Notes: a model not told the origin generated them from the sequence alone. Shown: positions 26,919 to 36,689, counted from the first letter of the stretch. The stretch is DNA of 64,000 nt from an uncultured bacterium (GCA_963978055.1 CAXBQZ010000006.1:4204-68203), one strand, 5' to 3'. Numbers and translations: made by a program.

Positions 26919-27887
26919 CTAGGCCTCGGGCGGTTCGAAGGACTGGGTGCGCTGCATGCCCGCGGCACGACCCTTCGAGCTGATCACCAGAGCCATCTTG
27001 CGACTGGCCTCATCGATCATCTCGTCCCCCAACATCACTGCACCTCGGGCTCCTCCGTCAGCTGACGTGTAGTACTCGTATGCATCGAGGATCAGTTCCG
27101 CGTGATCGTAGTCCTCCTGCCGCGGTGAGAAGATCTCGTTGGCAATGGGAACCTGATCCGGATGTAGCACCCACTTACCGTCAAAGCCAAGGGCAGCCGA
27201 CCGCGCGGCCACTCGTCGATAGCCGTCAGGATCCCGCACCTGCAGATACGGGCCGTCAATCGCGGCCTTGTTGTTTGCACGCGCAGCCATGAGGATCCTC
27301 ATCAGTATGTAGTGGTAGGCGTCACCCTCGGTGTAGCCGGGAGGCTGCTCGCCGACGATGAGTGACTTCATGTTGATACTCGCCATGAAATCCGCAGGGC
27401 CGAAGATGATGGTTTCGATTCGTGGTGATGCAGCCGCAATGTCGTTGACGTTGTTGAGCCCGGCAGCATTCTCGATCTGCGCCTCGATCCCGATTCGTCC
27501 CACGGGCAGACCCATCGTCCGCTCGATCTGTGTCAGAACAAGATCCAGTGCCTCAACGTGACCAGCGTTCTGAACCTTGGGAAGCATGATGCAGTCGAGG
27601 TTGTGGCCCGCGTTCTCAACAACCTCCACCACATCTCGGTACGTCCACGATGTTGTCCAGTCGTTCACTCGAACGGTGCGGATCTTGTTTCCGTAACCGC
27701 CCTCATTCAGCGCCGCCACGATGTTCTTGCGAGCATCGGCCTTCGCCAACGGGGCAACTGAGTCTTCAAGGTCGAGGAAGACCTGATCGGCGGCCAGCCC
27801 CTTGGCCTTCTCAAGCATCTTCGGGTTACTTCCCGGAACTGCGAGATTAGATCGTCGGGAACGCCATTCACGTACCGCATCAGCCAT
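26919..27887 (-). CDS. CitE-family CoA ester lyase, malyl-CoA/beta-methylmalyl-CoA lyase (Mcl)-like
   Basis: RSNLAVPGSN, FLDLEDSVAP, RVNDWTT.WTYRDV, CIMLPKV, GIEAQIE, FGPADFMAS, IDGPY, GFDGKWVLHP, EMIDEASRKMA. Confidence 0.85.
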   Translation of the reverse strand: MADAVREWRSRRSNLAVPGSNPKMLEKAKGLAADQVFLDLEDSVAPLAKADARKNIVAALNEGGYGNKIRTVRVNDWTTSWTYRDVVEVVENAGHNLDCIMLPKVQNAGHVEALDLVLTQIERTMGLPVGRIGIEAQIENAAGLNNVNDIAAASPRIETIIFGPADFMASINMKSLIVGEQPPGYTEGDAYHYILMRILMAARANNKAAIDGPYLQVRDPDGYRRVAARSAALGFDGKWVLHPDQVPIANEIFSPRQEDYDHAELILDAYEYYTSADGGARGAVMLGDEMIDEASRKMALVISSKGRAAGMQRTQSFEPPEA

Positions 27888-27950
27888 AACCCAAGGTTAA
27901 CGATGTCCGATCGGCAATATGCCCCCCGGGTCTCCCTCATGGGAGGAGCG

Positions 27951-28868
27951 TTACACAGGTGGGAGCTCCGTCAGGGTCGGAGCATCACTTCCTCGGATCA
28001 CAAGAACGAGGCCGACGAGAAGCAGCAGCAACGCCGGAATGATGGACGCAGGCGGCACCTGACCGAGCCATACGGCCGCGATGATCACCGCTCCCGGCAT
28101 TTCGAGCAGAATCGCCAGACTTCCGACGGTGGCTGATGTCCGCTTCAGTGCCCGATTGACCAGGGAGTGCCCGAGAAGTTGTCCACCAAGAGTCACCGCC
28201 AGAATCGCGAGCCAGCCATTCACCCCGAACCCCGACATCGGGGTCCGGAAGATCCCGCACATGATCAGCAGAACCGCGGCCGCTGAGCCGTAGGCAATGG
28301 TCGTGTAGACAGGGTTTGCCACGGACTGACGAACCCTCTCACCAGATGTCATATAGGCAGCCGAGAGCACTCCCCCTATGAGCGCAAGCAGATCGCCGAG
28401 CAGGGAGGTCGGGTCGGTCGAGACATCGACCCCCGTCAGCAGAAGAACCCCGACCAGTGACAGTCCGATCCCCACCCAGACCTGCCTGCCGATCTGCACT
28501 CCCGACCATCGAGCGAAGAACGCGGCCCAGATGGGTTGAAGTGCCAGAAGCGCCGCCGATGACGCCACGGAGGTAAGCCGCAGACTGGTGATCCACGTCG
28601 CAAAGTGCAGAGCTAGCAGTGCGCCCGCGATCGAAGCCCCCCGGACGTTCGAACGGGTGAGACCCTTCCACTCGGCGCGATGACGAAACCACGCCCACGG
28701 GGCTGTGAACGAGCTGCCGAGCAGACATCGGTAGAACGAGATAGCTAACGCAGGCACCGTGCTGGCCGCAATGATCGGTGCCGCCGTTGAAAAGGCCGTC
28801 ACAGCCACTGCGAGCGCGAACAGGTCACCTGTTGTTGGACGCCCAAGGCTCACTGGACGATCACTCAT
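27951..28868 (-). CDS. DMT/EamA-family transporter
   Basis: About 10 hydrophobic helices in two repeats (LALHFATWITSL, GGQLLGHSLVN). Start moved to ATG 28868 because the longer ORF overlaps mgtE. Confidence 0.85.
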   Translation of the reverse strand: MSDRPVSLGRPTTGDLFALAVAVTAFSTAAPIIAASTVPALAISFYRCLLGSSFTAPWAWFRHRAEWKGLTRSNVRGASIAGALLALHFATWITSLRLTSVASSAALLALQPIWAAFFARWSGVQIGRQVWVGIGLSLVGVLLLTGVDVSTDPTSLLGDLLALIGGVLSAAYMTSGERVRQSVANPVYTTIAYGSAAAVLLIMCGIFRTPMSGFGVNGWLAILAVTLGGQLLGHSLVNRALKRTSATVGSLAILLEMPGAVIIAAVWLGQVPPASIIPALLLLLVGLVLVIRGSDAPTLTELPPV

Positions 28869-28997
28869 ATGAACATCCAACCGCGACCGCCGCCATTCCC
28901 CAAGCGTGGCATGACCTCGATTCAGGTGAAGGATCCAACCAGACGCCGCGACCGAAACTAGATCGGCCACGACCCGAGGGCCCGATAGGCTACGTCC

Positions 28998-30263
28998 ATG
29001 AGCGGAGCGCCAACCCGGGTATTTGTTGCGCGCCTTGCCGGTATTGCTGCCTTCGACCCGCGCGGAGACCAAGTCGGCCGGGTGCGTGATGTTGTTGTCA
29101 CCCTTCGACACGGGTCAAATCCTCCGCGGGTTCTGGGTCTGGTGATCGAGGTGCAGCCTCGTCGACGTATCTTCTGTCCGATGACTCGCGTAACGAGCAT
29201 CGATTCAGGGGCCGTCGTGACGACAGGGCTGCTCAACATCCGTCGATTTGAGCAGCGCAGTGGTGAGACGCTCGTCATGAGTGAGCTCCTCGACCGTCGG
29301 GTCACCCTCTTGGAGACAGACGAGGTCGTCACGGTTCAGGATGTCGCCATCATGCAGGAGCGCTCCCGTGACTGGGTGGTCTCGCGAATCTTCGTCAAGA
29401 AGCCCGGTAAGGGCCTTCGACGTCGCGGTGAGACGCTGACCGTGGAATGGAATGCGGTGTCCGGGCTCTCCCTTCATGATCCACAGCAGGGGGTCGACAG
29501 CCTGTTGGCTACCGTCGAGAAGCTGCGCCCTGCCGACCTGGCCAACGTGATCCACGAACTCACGCCCAAGCGTCGACAGGAGCTTGCGGCAGCACTCGAT
29601 GACGAGAAGCTCGCAGATGTTCTCGAAGAGTTGCCCGAGGACGATCGGATCGAGATTCTTGCCTCCCTCGATGGTGAGCGAGCCGCAGACGTTCTCGAGG
29701 AGATGGACCCGGACGACGCCGCAGACCTGCTGTCCGAGCTTCCCCCCGAGGAGGCGGAGGCGCTGCTATCTCTGGTGGAACCTGAGGAAGCAGAGGATCT
29801 GCGTCGACTTCTGCGCTATGACGACTACACCGCCGGCGGAATGATGACGCCGGAGCCGGTGATTCTGCCACCAGACTCCACGGTGGCCGATGCGCTGGCA
29901 CGAGTGCGCGATGCAGACCTTCCACCGGCACTCGCGGCACAGGTTTACGTCGTGCGTCCACCGTTCGAGACGCCCACCGGACGGTACCTCGGCGTCGCCC
30001 ACTTCCAGCGACTTCTTCGCGAGCCACCATCCACGCTCGTGTCTGCAGTGCTCGACGATTCACTCGAACCGATTGGGCCAGACGCTCCACTCGGCCAGGT
30101 CACCCGCTACTTCGCCACCTACAACCTGGTGGCCCTTCCGGTGGTGGATGAGGACGATCACCTGCTCGGCGCTGTCACCGTTGACGATGTGATCGACCAC
30201 ATGCTTCCGGAGAACTGGCGCGATGCCGACACCGCCGACCTCGTAGACGACGAGGAGGTGTGA
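28998..30263 (+). CDS. MgtE N-terminal/CBS domain protein with N-terminal PRC barrels (no membrane domain)
   Basis: FDPRGDQVGRVRD, LRPADLA, EEMDPDDAADLL repeats, TAGGMMTPE, YNLVALPVVD. Confidence 0.88.
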   Translation: MSGAPTRVFVARLAGIAAFDPRGDQVGRVRDVVVTLRHGSNPPRVLGLVIEVQPRRRIFCPMTRVTSIDSGAVVTTGLLNIRRFEQRSGETLVMSELLDRRVTLLETDEVVTVQDVAIMQERSRDWVVSRIFVKKPGKGLRRRGETLTVEWNAVSGLSLHDPQQGVDSLLATVEKLRPADLANVIHELTPKRRQELAAALDDEKLADVLEELPEDDRIEILASLDGERAADVLEEMDPDDAADLLSELPPEEAEALLSLVEPEEAEDLRRLLRYDDYTAGGMMTPEPVILPPDSTVADALARVRDADLPPALAAQVYVVRPPFETPTGRYLGVAHFQRLLREPPSTLVSAVLDDSLEPIGPDAPLGQVTRYFATYNLVALPVVDEDDHLLGAVTVDDVIDHMLPENWRDADTADLVDDEEV

Positions 30264-30264
30264 C

Positions 30265-30816
30265 ATGGCACGTGATAACACCCGTGGGCCACGACTGGAC
30301 CAACCGATGGAGCGCGGCCTGTCGCTGCGTCCCTCCGTCGATCAGGAGGCAGTAGGCCGACTGTCGGAGAGAATCGCACGGTTCCTCGGTTCATGGCGAT
30401 TCATCGGGTACATGACAGCGTTCGTATTGTTCTGGGTGCTCTGGAACACCATCGGTCCCAAGGGGCTTCGCTTTGATGAGTGGCCGTTCATCGGCCTGAC
30501 TCTTCTCCTGTCGCTTCAGGCGTCCTATGCCGCACCCCTGATCCTGTTGGCACAGAATCGTCAGTCCGACCGTGATCGCATTCAGTATCAGGACGATCGC
30601 TCCAATACTGAACGCCTCATTGCTGATACCGAGTACCTGATGCGCGAGATTGCCTCCTTGCGCATGGCATTGGGTGAGGTTGCCACGCGCGACTACCTCC
30701 GCGGTGAACTTCGCGACATCCTCGATGAGATCGATGAGCGTGAGCAGAAGCGCAAGAAGAAGAAGGACCGGCAGTCCGAGGGAAGTCCCGATCCCGCCGA
30801 TGAGCCATCGGTCTGA
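30265..30816 (+). CDS. DUF1003 domain protein
   Basis: RIARFLGSWRF, FDEWPFIGLTLLLSLQASYAAPLILLAQNRQ. Confidence 0.9.
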   Translation: MARDNTRGPRLDQPMERGLSLRPSVDQEAVGRLSERIARFLGSWRFIGYMTAFVLFWVLWNTIGPKGLRFDEWPFIGLTLLLSLQASYAAPLILLAQNRQSDRDRIQYQDDRSNTERLIADTEYLMREIASLRMALGEVATRDYLRGELRDILDEIDEREQKRKKKKDRQSEGSPDPADEPSV

Positions 30817-30835
30817 TTTCGCGTAGCATCGGGTT

Positions 30836-31972
30836 ATGTCCGAATCGATACTCGACCTCGTCGATGCTGCCCTCGCCACTGTCGAGGACCCCGAAATCCA
30901 CCGGCCGATCACCGAATTGGGCATGGTCAAGTCGCGTGAGGTCGTTGACGGCATTGCCCGCATCGCGGTCTATCTGACCATCTCCGGCTGCCCCATGCGC
31001 GAGACCATCACGAATCGTGTGACGGCCGCTGTTGCCGCGGTTCCGGGGATCAGCGCCGTTGAGGTCGAACTCGATGTGATGAATGAGGAGCAGCGCAAGG
31101 CGATGCGCGCCTCCCTCGTCGGACATGATGAGCGGGAAATCGTGTTCACGAAGCCTGGCAATCTCACCCGGGTGTACGCGATCGCATCCGGGAAAGGTGG
31201 AGTGGGTAAGTCATCGGTAACCGCGAACCTGGCCGCAGCCATGGCAGCCCAGGGTCTGAGCGTTGGAATCGTTGATGCCGACATCTACGGCCACTCGATT
31301 CCACGCATCATCGGTGCCACCGATGCTCCGACGATGGTCGAAGGAATGATCATGCCGCCGCAGGCGCACGGGGTGCGCGTGATCTCGATGCTGCCATTCA
31401 AGCCAGGTGGAGTGTCACAGCCGGTCGCATTCCGCGGCCCAATGCTTCATCGAGCCCTTCAGCAGTTCCTCGCCGACGTCTGGTGGGGTGATCTCGATGT
31501 ACTTCTCCTGGACCTCCCACCCGGCACCGGCGATGTCGCAATCTCCGTCGCACAGCTGCTGCCAAACGCGGAACTGGTGATTGTCACGACTCCCCAGACT
31601 GCCGCAGCCGAGGTCGCGATTCGCGCGGGCATGCTGGCCCAGCAGACCAATCAGCGCATTGCCGGGGTTATCGAGAATATGAGCGCCTTCCCCTGCCCAC
31701 ATTGTGGTGAGCCGATGGATCTCTTCGGCTCTGGTGGTGGTGCGATGGTTGCGCAGACCCTTACCAGCGAGTTGGGCAATGACGTGGCAGTCCTGGCCAA
31801 CATTCCCTTCGATGTTCGCCTTCGCGAGGGGGGAGACAATGGTGAACCGCTCGTCTTGAGCGATCCGAACTCTCCGGCCGCAACGGTGATCCGCGAACTG
31901 GCAACCAAACTGGGGCAGCGAGCCCGCGGGCTTGCCGGAATGTCCCTGGGCCTGACTCCCGCCGGACGGTAA
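30836..31972 (+). CDS. mrp: Mrp/NBP35 Fe-S cluster carrier ATPase
   Basis: N-terminal DUF59 (DPEIHRPITELGMV, GCP), SGKGGVGKS, DADIYG, DLPPGTGD, CPHC. Confidence 0.92.
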   Translation: MSESILDLVDAALATVEDPEIHRPITELGMVKSREVVDGIARIAVYLTISGCPMRETITNRVTAAVAAVPGISAVEVELDVMNEEQRKAMRASLVGHDEREIVFTKPGNLTRVYAIASGKGGVGKSSVTANLAAAMAAQGLSVGIVDADIYGHSIPRIIGATDAPTMVEGMIMPPQAHGVRVISMLPFKPGGVSQPVAFRGPMLHRALQQFLADVWWGDLDVLLLDLPPGTGDVAISVAQLLPNAELVIVTTPQTAAAEVAIRAGMLAQQTNQRIAGVIENMSAFPCPHCGEPMDLFGSGGGAMVAQTLTSELGNDVAVLANIPFDVRLREGGDNGEPLVLSDPNSPAATVIRELATKLGQRARGLAGMSLGLTPAGR

Positions 31973-31984
31973 TACGTCCCGCGA

Positions 31985-32320
31985 CTACGTGGCGTCGGTA
32001 TCGAAGACAGCCGAGCCGTTTGCGGAGCCGTTGACTCGCGGCTTGGGGGTGGACTCCGGCTCCGGATCACTCAAGATCGATGAGGCTAGCCGACGTGGGT
32101 GCAGTTCAGCCAGATCCTTCATCGACTGCTTGATCTCACTGGTGAAATTGGGGTCAAGATCAGCGGCGGCCGCAATATCGCGACGGGCACTTGCTGCCTG
32201 ATCCCGCAGCACTCTGACCCATCGGGTGAGATCTGCGATCGCCTTCGGCAGTCGATCCGGCCCCAGGATGATGACAGCCACAACCGCGATGACGAGAAAC
32301 TCGCCCATCCCTACGTCCAC
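31985..32320 (-). CDS. tatB: Sec-independent translocase subunit TatB-like
   Basis: MDVGMGEFLVIAVVAVIILGPDRLPKA; usual position downstream of htrA. Confidence 0.8.
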   Translation of the reverse strand: MDVGMGEFLVIAVVAVIILGPDRLPKAIADLTRWVRVLRDQAASARRDIAAAADLDPNFTSEIKQSMKDLAELHPRRLASSILSDPEPESTPKPRVNGSANGSAVFDTDAT

Positions 32321-32431
32321 GACTGCACCTCCCTTGGTTGAGAACCGAACGGACTAAGACTACGCGCCCACCATCATTTTCTCCCACCCGCGTGATCCAG
32401 TTGGGTCACGCGGACGTCCAATCGGAACAGA

Positions 32432-33886
32432 TCAGCCGGTGCTCGAGTCCGACCCAAGAGTAAGCGGCACATCCTTGGTGCCGGAACCACTCGTGACCGT
32501 CAAGGTAACGGTGTCACCGGGTGTGTGTGCGCGAACGGCGACAATCATTTCGGTCGCATTCGCCACAACCTTGCCATCCACCTTGGTGATGACATCGCCC
32601 GGCTTGAGACCAGCTGCCGCCGCCGGTCCGTTGGCGGTCAGCTGGCTGATCTGAGCTCCGGCACCGGTGAAGTTCATGTCGACGGAAACTCCGATGATCG
32701 GGTGAGTCGCATGACCTGTCGCGATGATCTCCTCGGCAACGCGCTTGGCCTGGTTCACCGGAATGGCAAAGCCAAGGCCGATCGAGCCGGTCTGACCACC
32801 AGACTGATTCTGGCCCAGGGAGGCGATCGCCGAGTTCACTCCAATGACCTTGCCCTGCGCATCGACAAGTGGACCACCCGAGTTACCAGGATTGATGGCG
32901 GCATCCGTCTGGATGGCGCTGATGTATGACGACTCACCACTGCCACCGGCAGTCACCGGTCGATTCAGAGCGGAGATGATGCCGGAGGTGACCGTTCCCT
33001 CCAGACCCAGAGGTGATCCAATCGCGATGGTGGTATCACCCACCACGATGCCGGACGAGTTCCCCAGCGTGGCCGTCTTCAGCCCGGTGGCATCGACTTT
33101 GATAACCGCAAGGTCATAGGAGAGATCTCGACCCACGACCGTTGCAGGCTTGGTGGTGCCATCCTGGAACGTGACGGTCAGGGTGCCCTGCCCGTCAGCG
33201 GCGCCTGCAATCACGTGGTTGTTGGTGAGAATGTACCCGTCCTGACGGATGACAAATCCGGAGCCGGTGCCACCACCTTGCGAGTCCCGCTCCTCGATCT
33301 GGACCACAGTCGGTAGGACGGCCGCGGCAACCGATGCAATCGATCCACTTGGCCGCGCCGACAGGTCAGCGTTGGTCTGTGGCAGCACACTGCTGCCCGC
33401 CACCGTGCTCGAGGCGCCTCGATGATCGGCAATCGCGTAGGCACCCACTCCACCAATAGCGCCTGCCAGAAGACCAGATGCCATAGCCAGAGCTACAAGC
33501 TTCCCAGCACCGGTGCGCTGTGGAGCAGAATCCTGCGCGAGATGGCTTGGAGTTGATTCACCGACACCGATCCGTCCCGGGTAGGCACCCTCGGCCGGCA
33601 TCGACTCGTAGCCCGGATACCAGGCTGACGGGGGCGAGGTCGGCGGCACCGTCGGAGCCTGCTGAGTGGACTCGTCAAATGGCGGCTCGTAGCTGACGGG
33701 CGAGCTGACAGGTGAACTTACCGGAGCTGGTGGTCCAACCACCCGTGCAGACGGATCGGGGGCAGCGAGGTGACCCGCGGGTCGGTAGCTCTCATCAGAC
33801 ATGGCTTCTCCCTGTGGCTGATCTGGCTGCGAGCCGTGGCCCGCAGCCGGGGTTCCATCTGGATATGAAGTCATGATGTGCTCCAT
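32432..33886 (-). CDS. htrA: HtrA-family (S1C) membrane serine protease with PDZ domain
   Basis: Pro-rich N-terminus, one TM, LTNNHV, DLAVIK, QTDAAINPGNSGGPL, PDZ (GPAAAAGLKPGDVI). Confidence 0.92.
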   Translation of the reverse strand: MEHIMTSYPDGTPAAGHGSQPDQPQGEAMSDESYRPAGHLAAPDPSARVVGPPAPVSSPVSSPVSYEPPFDESTQQAPTVPPTSPPSAWYPGYESMPAEGAYPGRIGVGESTPSHLAQDSAPQRTGAGKLVALAMASGLLAGAIGGVGAYAIADHRGASSTVAGSSVLPQTNADLSARPSGSIASVAAAVLPTVVQIEERDSQGGGTGSGFVIRQDGYILTNNHVIAGAADGQGTLTVTFQDGTTKPATVVGRDLSYDLAVIKVDATGLKTATLGNSSGIVVGDTTIAIGSPLGLEGTVTSGIISALNRPVTAGGSGESSYISAIQTDAAINPGNSGGPLVDAQGKVIGVNSAIASLGQNQSGGQTGSIGLGFAIPVNQAKRVAEEIIATGHATHPIIGVSVDMNFTGAGAQISQLTANGPAAAAGLKPGDVITKVDGKVVANATEMIVAVRAHTPGDTVTLTVTSGSGTKDVPLTLGSDSSTG

Positions 33887-33910
33887 TGGTTTGCGTACGC
33901 TTCATGGCTT

Positions 33911-33927
33911 ATGTGAACAAGATGAGA
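33911..33927 (-). promoter_or_regulatory. MprA-like direct repeat upstream of htrA
   Basis: Minus strand reads TCTCAT-N5-TCACAT, similar to TCTCAG-N5-TCTCAG. Confidence 0.35.
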
Positions 33928-33955
33928 ATCCACATTCCCTCATGCGTCAAGTGCG

Positions 33956-34627
33956 CTAGCCCTGCTCAAGATTGACGTTGGTGCCGGCCGCGGTGATGCT
34001 CACACCGCTGGGCACAACGGTGACACCAGACAGGTGAAGTCCGAGCGGGAGTTTTCCGAAGCCGGCGGTCAGGCCATTGAGCCGATCCTTGATCACGGCC
34101 GGAATATTGGCTGGATCGACGTGGATCCCCAGCACCGTCACATCGGTGAGGTTGAGCGTGAGCTGGCCGCTCTGCACGACCGGCTGGACAGTTCCAGTGA
34201 TCGGAAGTGCGCCAGACGTCGAGATCTGCAGAGCATCACCCTGGGGTGTCACCTTCCAGGCATCGCCAAGGAGCTTCTGGATCTGCGTGGTGCTCAACAA
34301 GGCCTGCGCAGTTATGGTCTTGGCCGTTCGCGGTGACGACGTGGTCACATCGACAAGGTCGATCTTGACATCGTCGAGGGCGAGCCCACCGTCAAGGGGG
34401 ACCCCGGTCATCGTGACATGCACCTGGGAGAGCGATCCGCGAGCCAGCTGTGGGGCGACCAGTCCCCCGTCAACGGTGGTAGAAACCGACCCAACTCCAG
34501 GTACTGCGCGAGTGACGGCATCTGTGACGCGGTTGGCCACCGTGGCAGCTGCCAGTTTCTCACCAGCGAAGGCGAGGCCGATCAGCACAACAGCCGCAAC
34601 GAGAAGACCAATCAGCAGCTTCTTCAC
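33956..34627 (-). CDS. LmeA/DUF2993-family protein
   Basis: N-terminal TM/signal (MKKLLIGLLVAAVVLIGL), QLARGSL..V, C-terminal LP.GL.LSGVTV...GV.ITAAG pattern. Confidence 0.7.
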   Translation of the reverse strand: MKKLLIGLLVAAVVLIGLAFAGEKLAAATVANRVTDAVTRAVPGVGSVSTTVDGGLVAPQLARGSLSQVHVTMTGVPLDGGLALDDVKIDLVDVTTSSPRTAKTITAQALLSTTQIQKLLGDAWKVTPQGDALQISTSGALPITGTVQPVVQSGQLTLNLTDVTVLGIHVDPANIPAVIKDRLNGLTAGFGKLPLGLHLSGVTVVPSGVSITAAGTNVNLEQG

Positions 34628-34663
34628 GCGAGCACTCCCATACCGTCAGACTACGGTAAATAC

Positions 34664-35227
34664 TCAGGGGACCAAGTGGTGGGAGCGGTGTGGGGCAGGC
34701 GGCTGATATCCAATGTTGACGAACGTGACCGACGCAGGTGACGGCGGGTGGAAGGCTGGGCGCTGCACATCCGACAAGGTCCTGAACATCGGCGCAATCG
34801 ACTGCTGAGTGGACGGAACACTGACAGCCACCTGACTTTCGGAGACTCCAACGAGAGCCGCAACGCCCACCAGTCCGGCGATCGAGATCACCGTAACGCC
34901 CGCCGTCTTTACAGCCGTGGACCGATGTGATCCCGAGCGACCGTGATCAGCAAGGCTGACCACCGAAGATGAGTTCTGAACAGGCAGTGCCGGATGAACC
35001 ATCGCCGCTGCCTCGGCTGGGATTGCTGAAAGCCTGCGCAGGAAGTCCGGCTGAGGTGTGGCATCCTGCATCGATCGAAGTCGGGCTGATGCCTCACGCT
35101 GAGCGATGACTGCAGCGCGACACTTGGCACACCACGCCACATGGGCATGGGCCTGCTCCGTGGCCATCGGCCCCAGACGGCCATCGGCGAGATCGGGGAT
35201 CTCGTACCTGAGACATCGACGACTCAT
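34664..35227 (-). CDS. Zinc-finger anti-sigma factor (RseA-like)
   Basis: HVAWCAKC (HxxxCxxC) then a TM segment; ATG 35227 overlaps the sigE stop (ATGA). Confidence 0.8.
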   Translation of the reverse strand: MSRRCLRYEIPDLADGRLGPMATEQAHAHVAWCAKCRAAVIAQREASARLRSMQDATPQPDFLRRLSAIPAEAAAMVHPALPVQNSSSVVSLADHGRSGSHRSTAVKTAGVTVISIAGLVGVAALVGVSESQVAVSVPSTQQSIAPMFRTLSDVQRPAFHPPSPASVTFVNIGYQPPAPHRSHHLVP

Positions 35228-35817
35228 GCGGTGGCCTCCCGGGCCGGGACTCGAGTAGCGCTCGCGGGAACACGGTGGGCCAGCGACTCGCGCAACTGGG
35301 CACGTCCCCGGTGGATCCGTGACCGCACGGTTCCGAGCTTGACGTCCAGCATCTCGGCAATCTCCTCGTAGGTCAGACCCTCGACATCGCACAGGACCAC
35401 GGCTACGCGGAAGTCGGCGGGAAGGGCATCGAGGGCAGCCTGAATATCGGCCTCGTAGGTCTGATCCATGACGACATCAACCGGGTTGGCCTCCCGGCCA
35501 GCCAGTCGATCACCGGCATCTTCGGGGAGTTCCTGGAATCGGATCTTGGCCTTGCGACGTACCGAGTCCAAGAACAGGTTCGTGGTGATCCTGTGCAACC
35601 AGCCCTCGAACGTGCCGGGGGTGTACTGGGACAGTGAACGGAAGACTCGGACGAACACCTCTTGGGTCAGGTCCTCAGCATCGTGCTGGTTGCCCGTGAG
35701 TCGGTAGGCAAGGCGATACACGCGCGCACCATGCTCGCGCACGACCTCATCCCAGGATGGGGCGGCCCATGGCGCCGGTGGCGTCTTGGTATCCAATTCG
35801 CAGTTCTCGCTCATCAT
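35224..35817 (-). CDS. sigE: ECF RNA polymerase sigma factor SigE
   Basis: [73 protein letters not shown]. Confidence 0.93.
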   Translation of the reverse strand: MMSENCELDTKTPPAPWAAPSWDEVVREHGARVYRLAYRLTGNQHDAEDLTQEVFVRVFRSLSQYTPGTFEGWLHRITTNLFLDSVRRKAKIRFQELPEDAGDRLAGREANPVDVVMDQTYEADIQAALDALPADFRVAVVLCDVEGLTYEEIAEMLDVKLGTVRSRIHRGRAQLRESLAHRVPASATRVPAREATA

Positions 35818-35919
35818 GCCTTCACCTCGTGCGGCTCAGTGACTCACCACAAATCCGGACGGGACTGCCCGGATAGTGAATGAATCCCCTTCACCGTCAC
35901 CCACCAAACGCGCTCATAC

Positions 35920-35947
35920 CTGAAGAAATGCTGAGAACCGGATATGA
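35920..35947 (-). promoter_or_regulatory. MprA-like 11-bp-period repeats upstream of sigE
   Basis: Minus strand reads TCATAT-N5-TCTCAG-N5-CTTCAG, flanked by the inverted repeat CGCTCATA (35911-35918) / TATGAGCG (35943-35950). Confidence 0.4.
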
Positions 35948-36021
35948 GCGCCAACTCAAGAACGACTGGGATTTGTCCCAGGTTCCCGATCCATGCTCGA
36001 ATCACGGGATAACCTGCACCT

Positions 36022-36672
36022 GTGGATGCCAACGAACGCGCAGCGGCCGCCAGGGCTGCATCATGGGAATTCTCCGAGACCTACATCGCCGAGGACACAA
36101 CGCTCGCGGATGCACGAGCCAGAGCCGAGGAACTCGGATGTGTCCCCATCGAGCCAGGGGGCGGGGCCGCACTGCGACTCCTGGCCGCCGCGATCGGGGC
36201 CAAGAGTGTGGTTGAGGTTGGTACCGGGTCTGGTGTCTCCGGGGTATGGCTGCTGCGCGGAATGCGACCGGATGGAGTGCTCACCTCAGTCGATATCGAG
36301 GCTGAGAACCAGCGCCATGCGCGCGAGGTGTTCAGCGCTGCTGGCATCGCCCCGGGTCGCACTCGCCTGATCACCGGGCGCGCCCGCGATGTGCTCCCCC
36401 GCCTTGCTGATGGCGCCTATGACCTCATGCATATCGACGGTGCCAAGGATGAGTACCCGGACTACGTTGAAGAGGCAGCGCGCCTGCTGCGTCCCGGCGG
36501 GATCATGGCCATCGACAACTCACTCTGGCACGACAAGGTCGCCGACCCGGCCCAGCGCGATCCAGACACCATCGCCATCCGCGGGGTAGTCAACGGCATT
36601 CGTGAGGACGAGCGCTGGATTTCATCACTGCTGCCCGTCGGCGATGGGCTGCTAGTCGCTGTCCGGCGGTAG
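36022..36672 (+). CDS. O-methyltransferase (Rv1220c-like)
   Basis: VVEVGTGSGVSG, SVDIE, YDLMHID, LLRPGG; divergent from sigE. Confidence 0.9.
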   Translation: MDANERAAAARAASWEFSETYIAEDTTLADARARAEELGCVPIEPGGGAALRLLAAAIGAKSVVEVGTGSGVSGVWLLRGMRPDGVLTSVDIEAENQRHAREVFSAAGIAPGRTRLITGRARDVLPRLADGAYDLMHIDGAKDEYPDYVEEAARLLRPGGIMAIDNSLWHDKVADPAQRDPDTIAIRGVVNGIREDERWISSLLPVGDGLLVAVRR

Positions 36673-36689
36673 CGCGAGTCTGTCTGATA

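Noticed and set aside
33905-33942. GGAAT...GTT as a SigE/SigH promoter for htrA
   Set aside because: The spacer is 15 nt, shorter than the ~18 nt expected for this ECF class.
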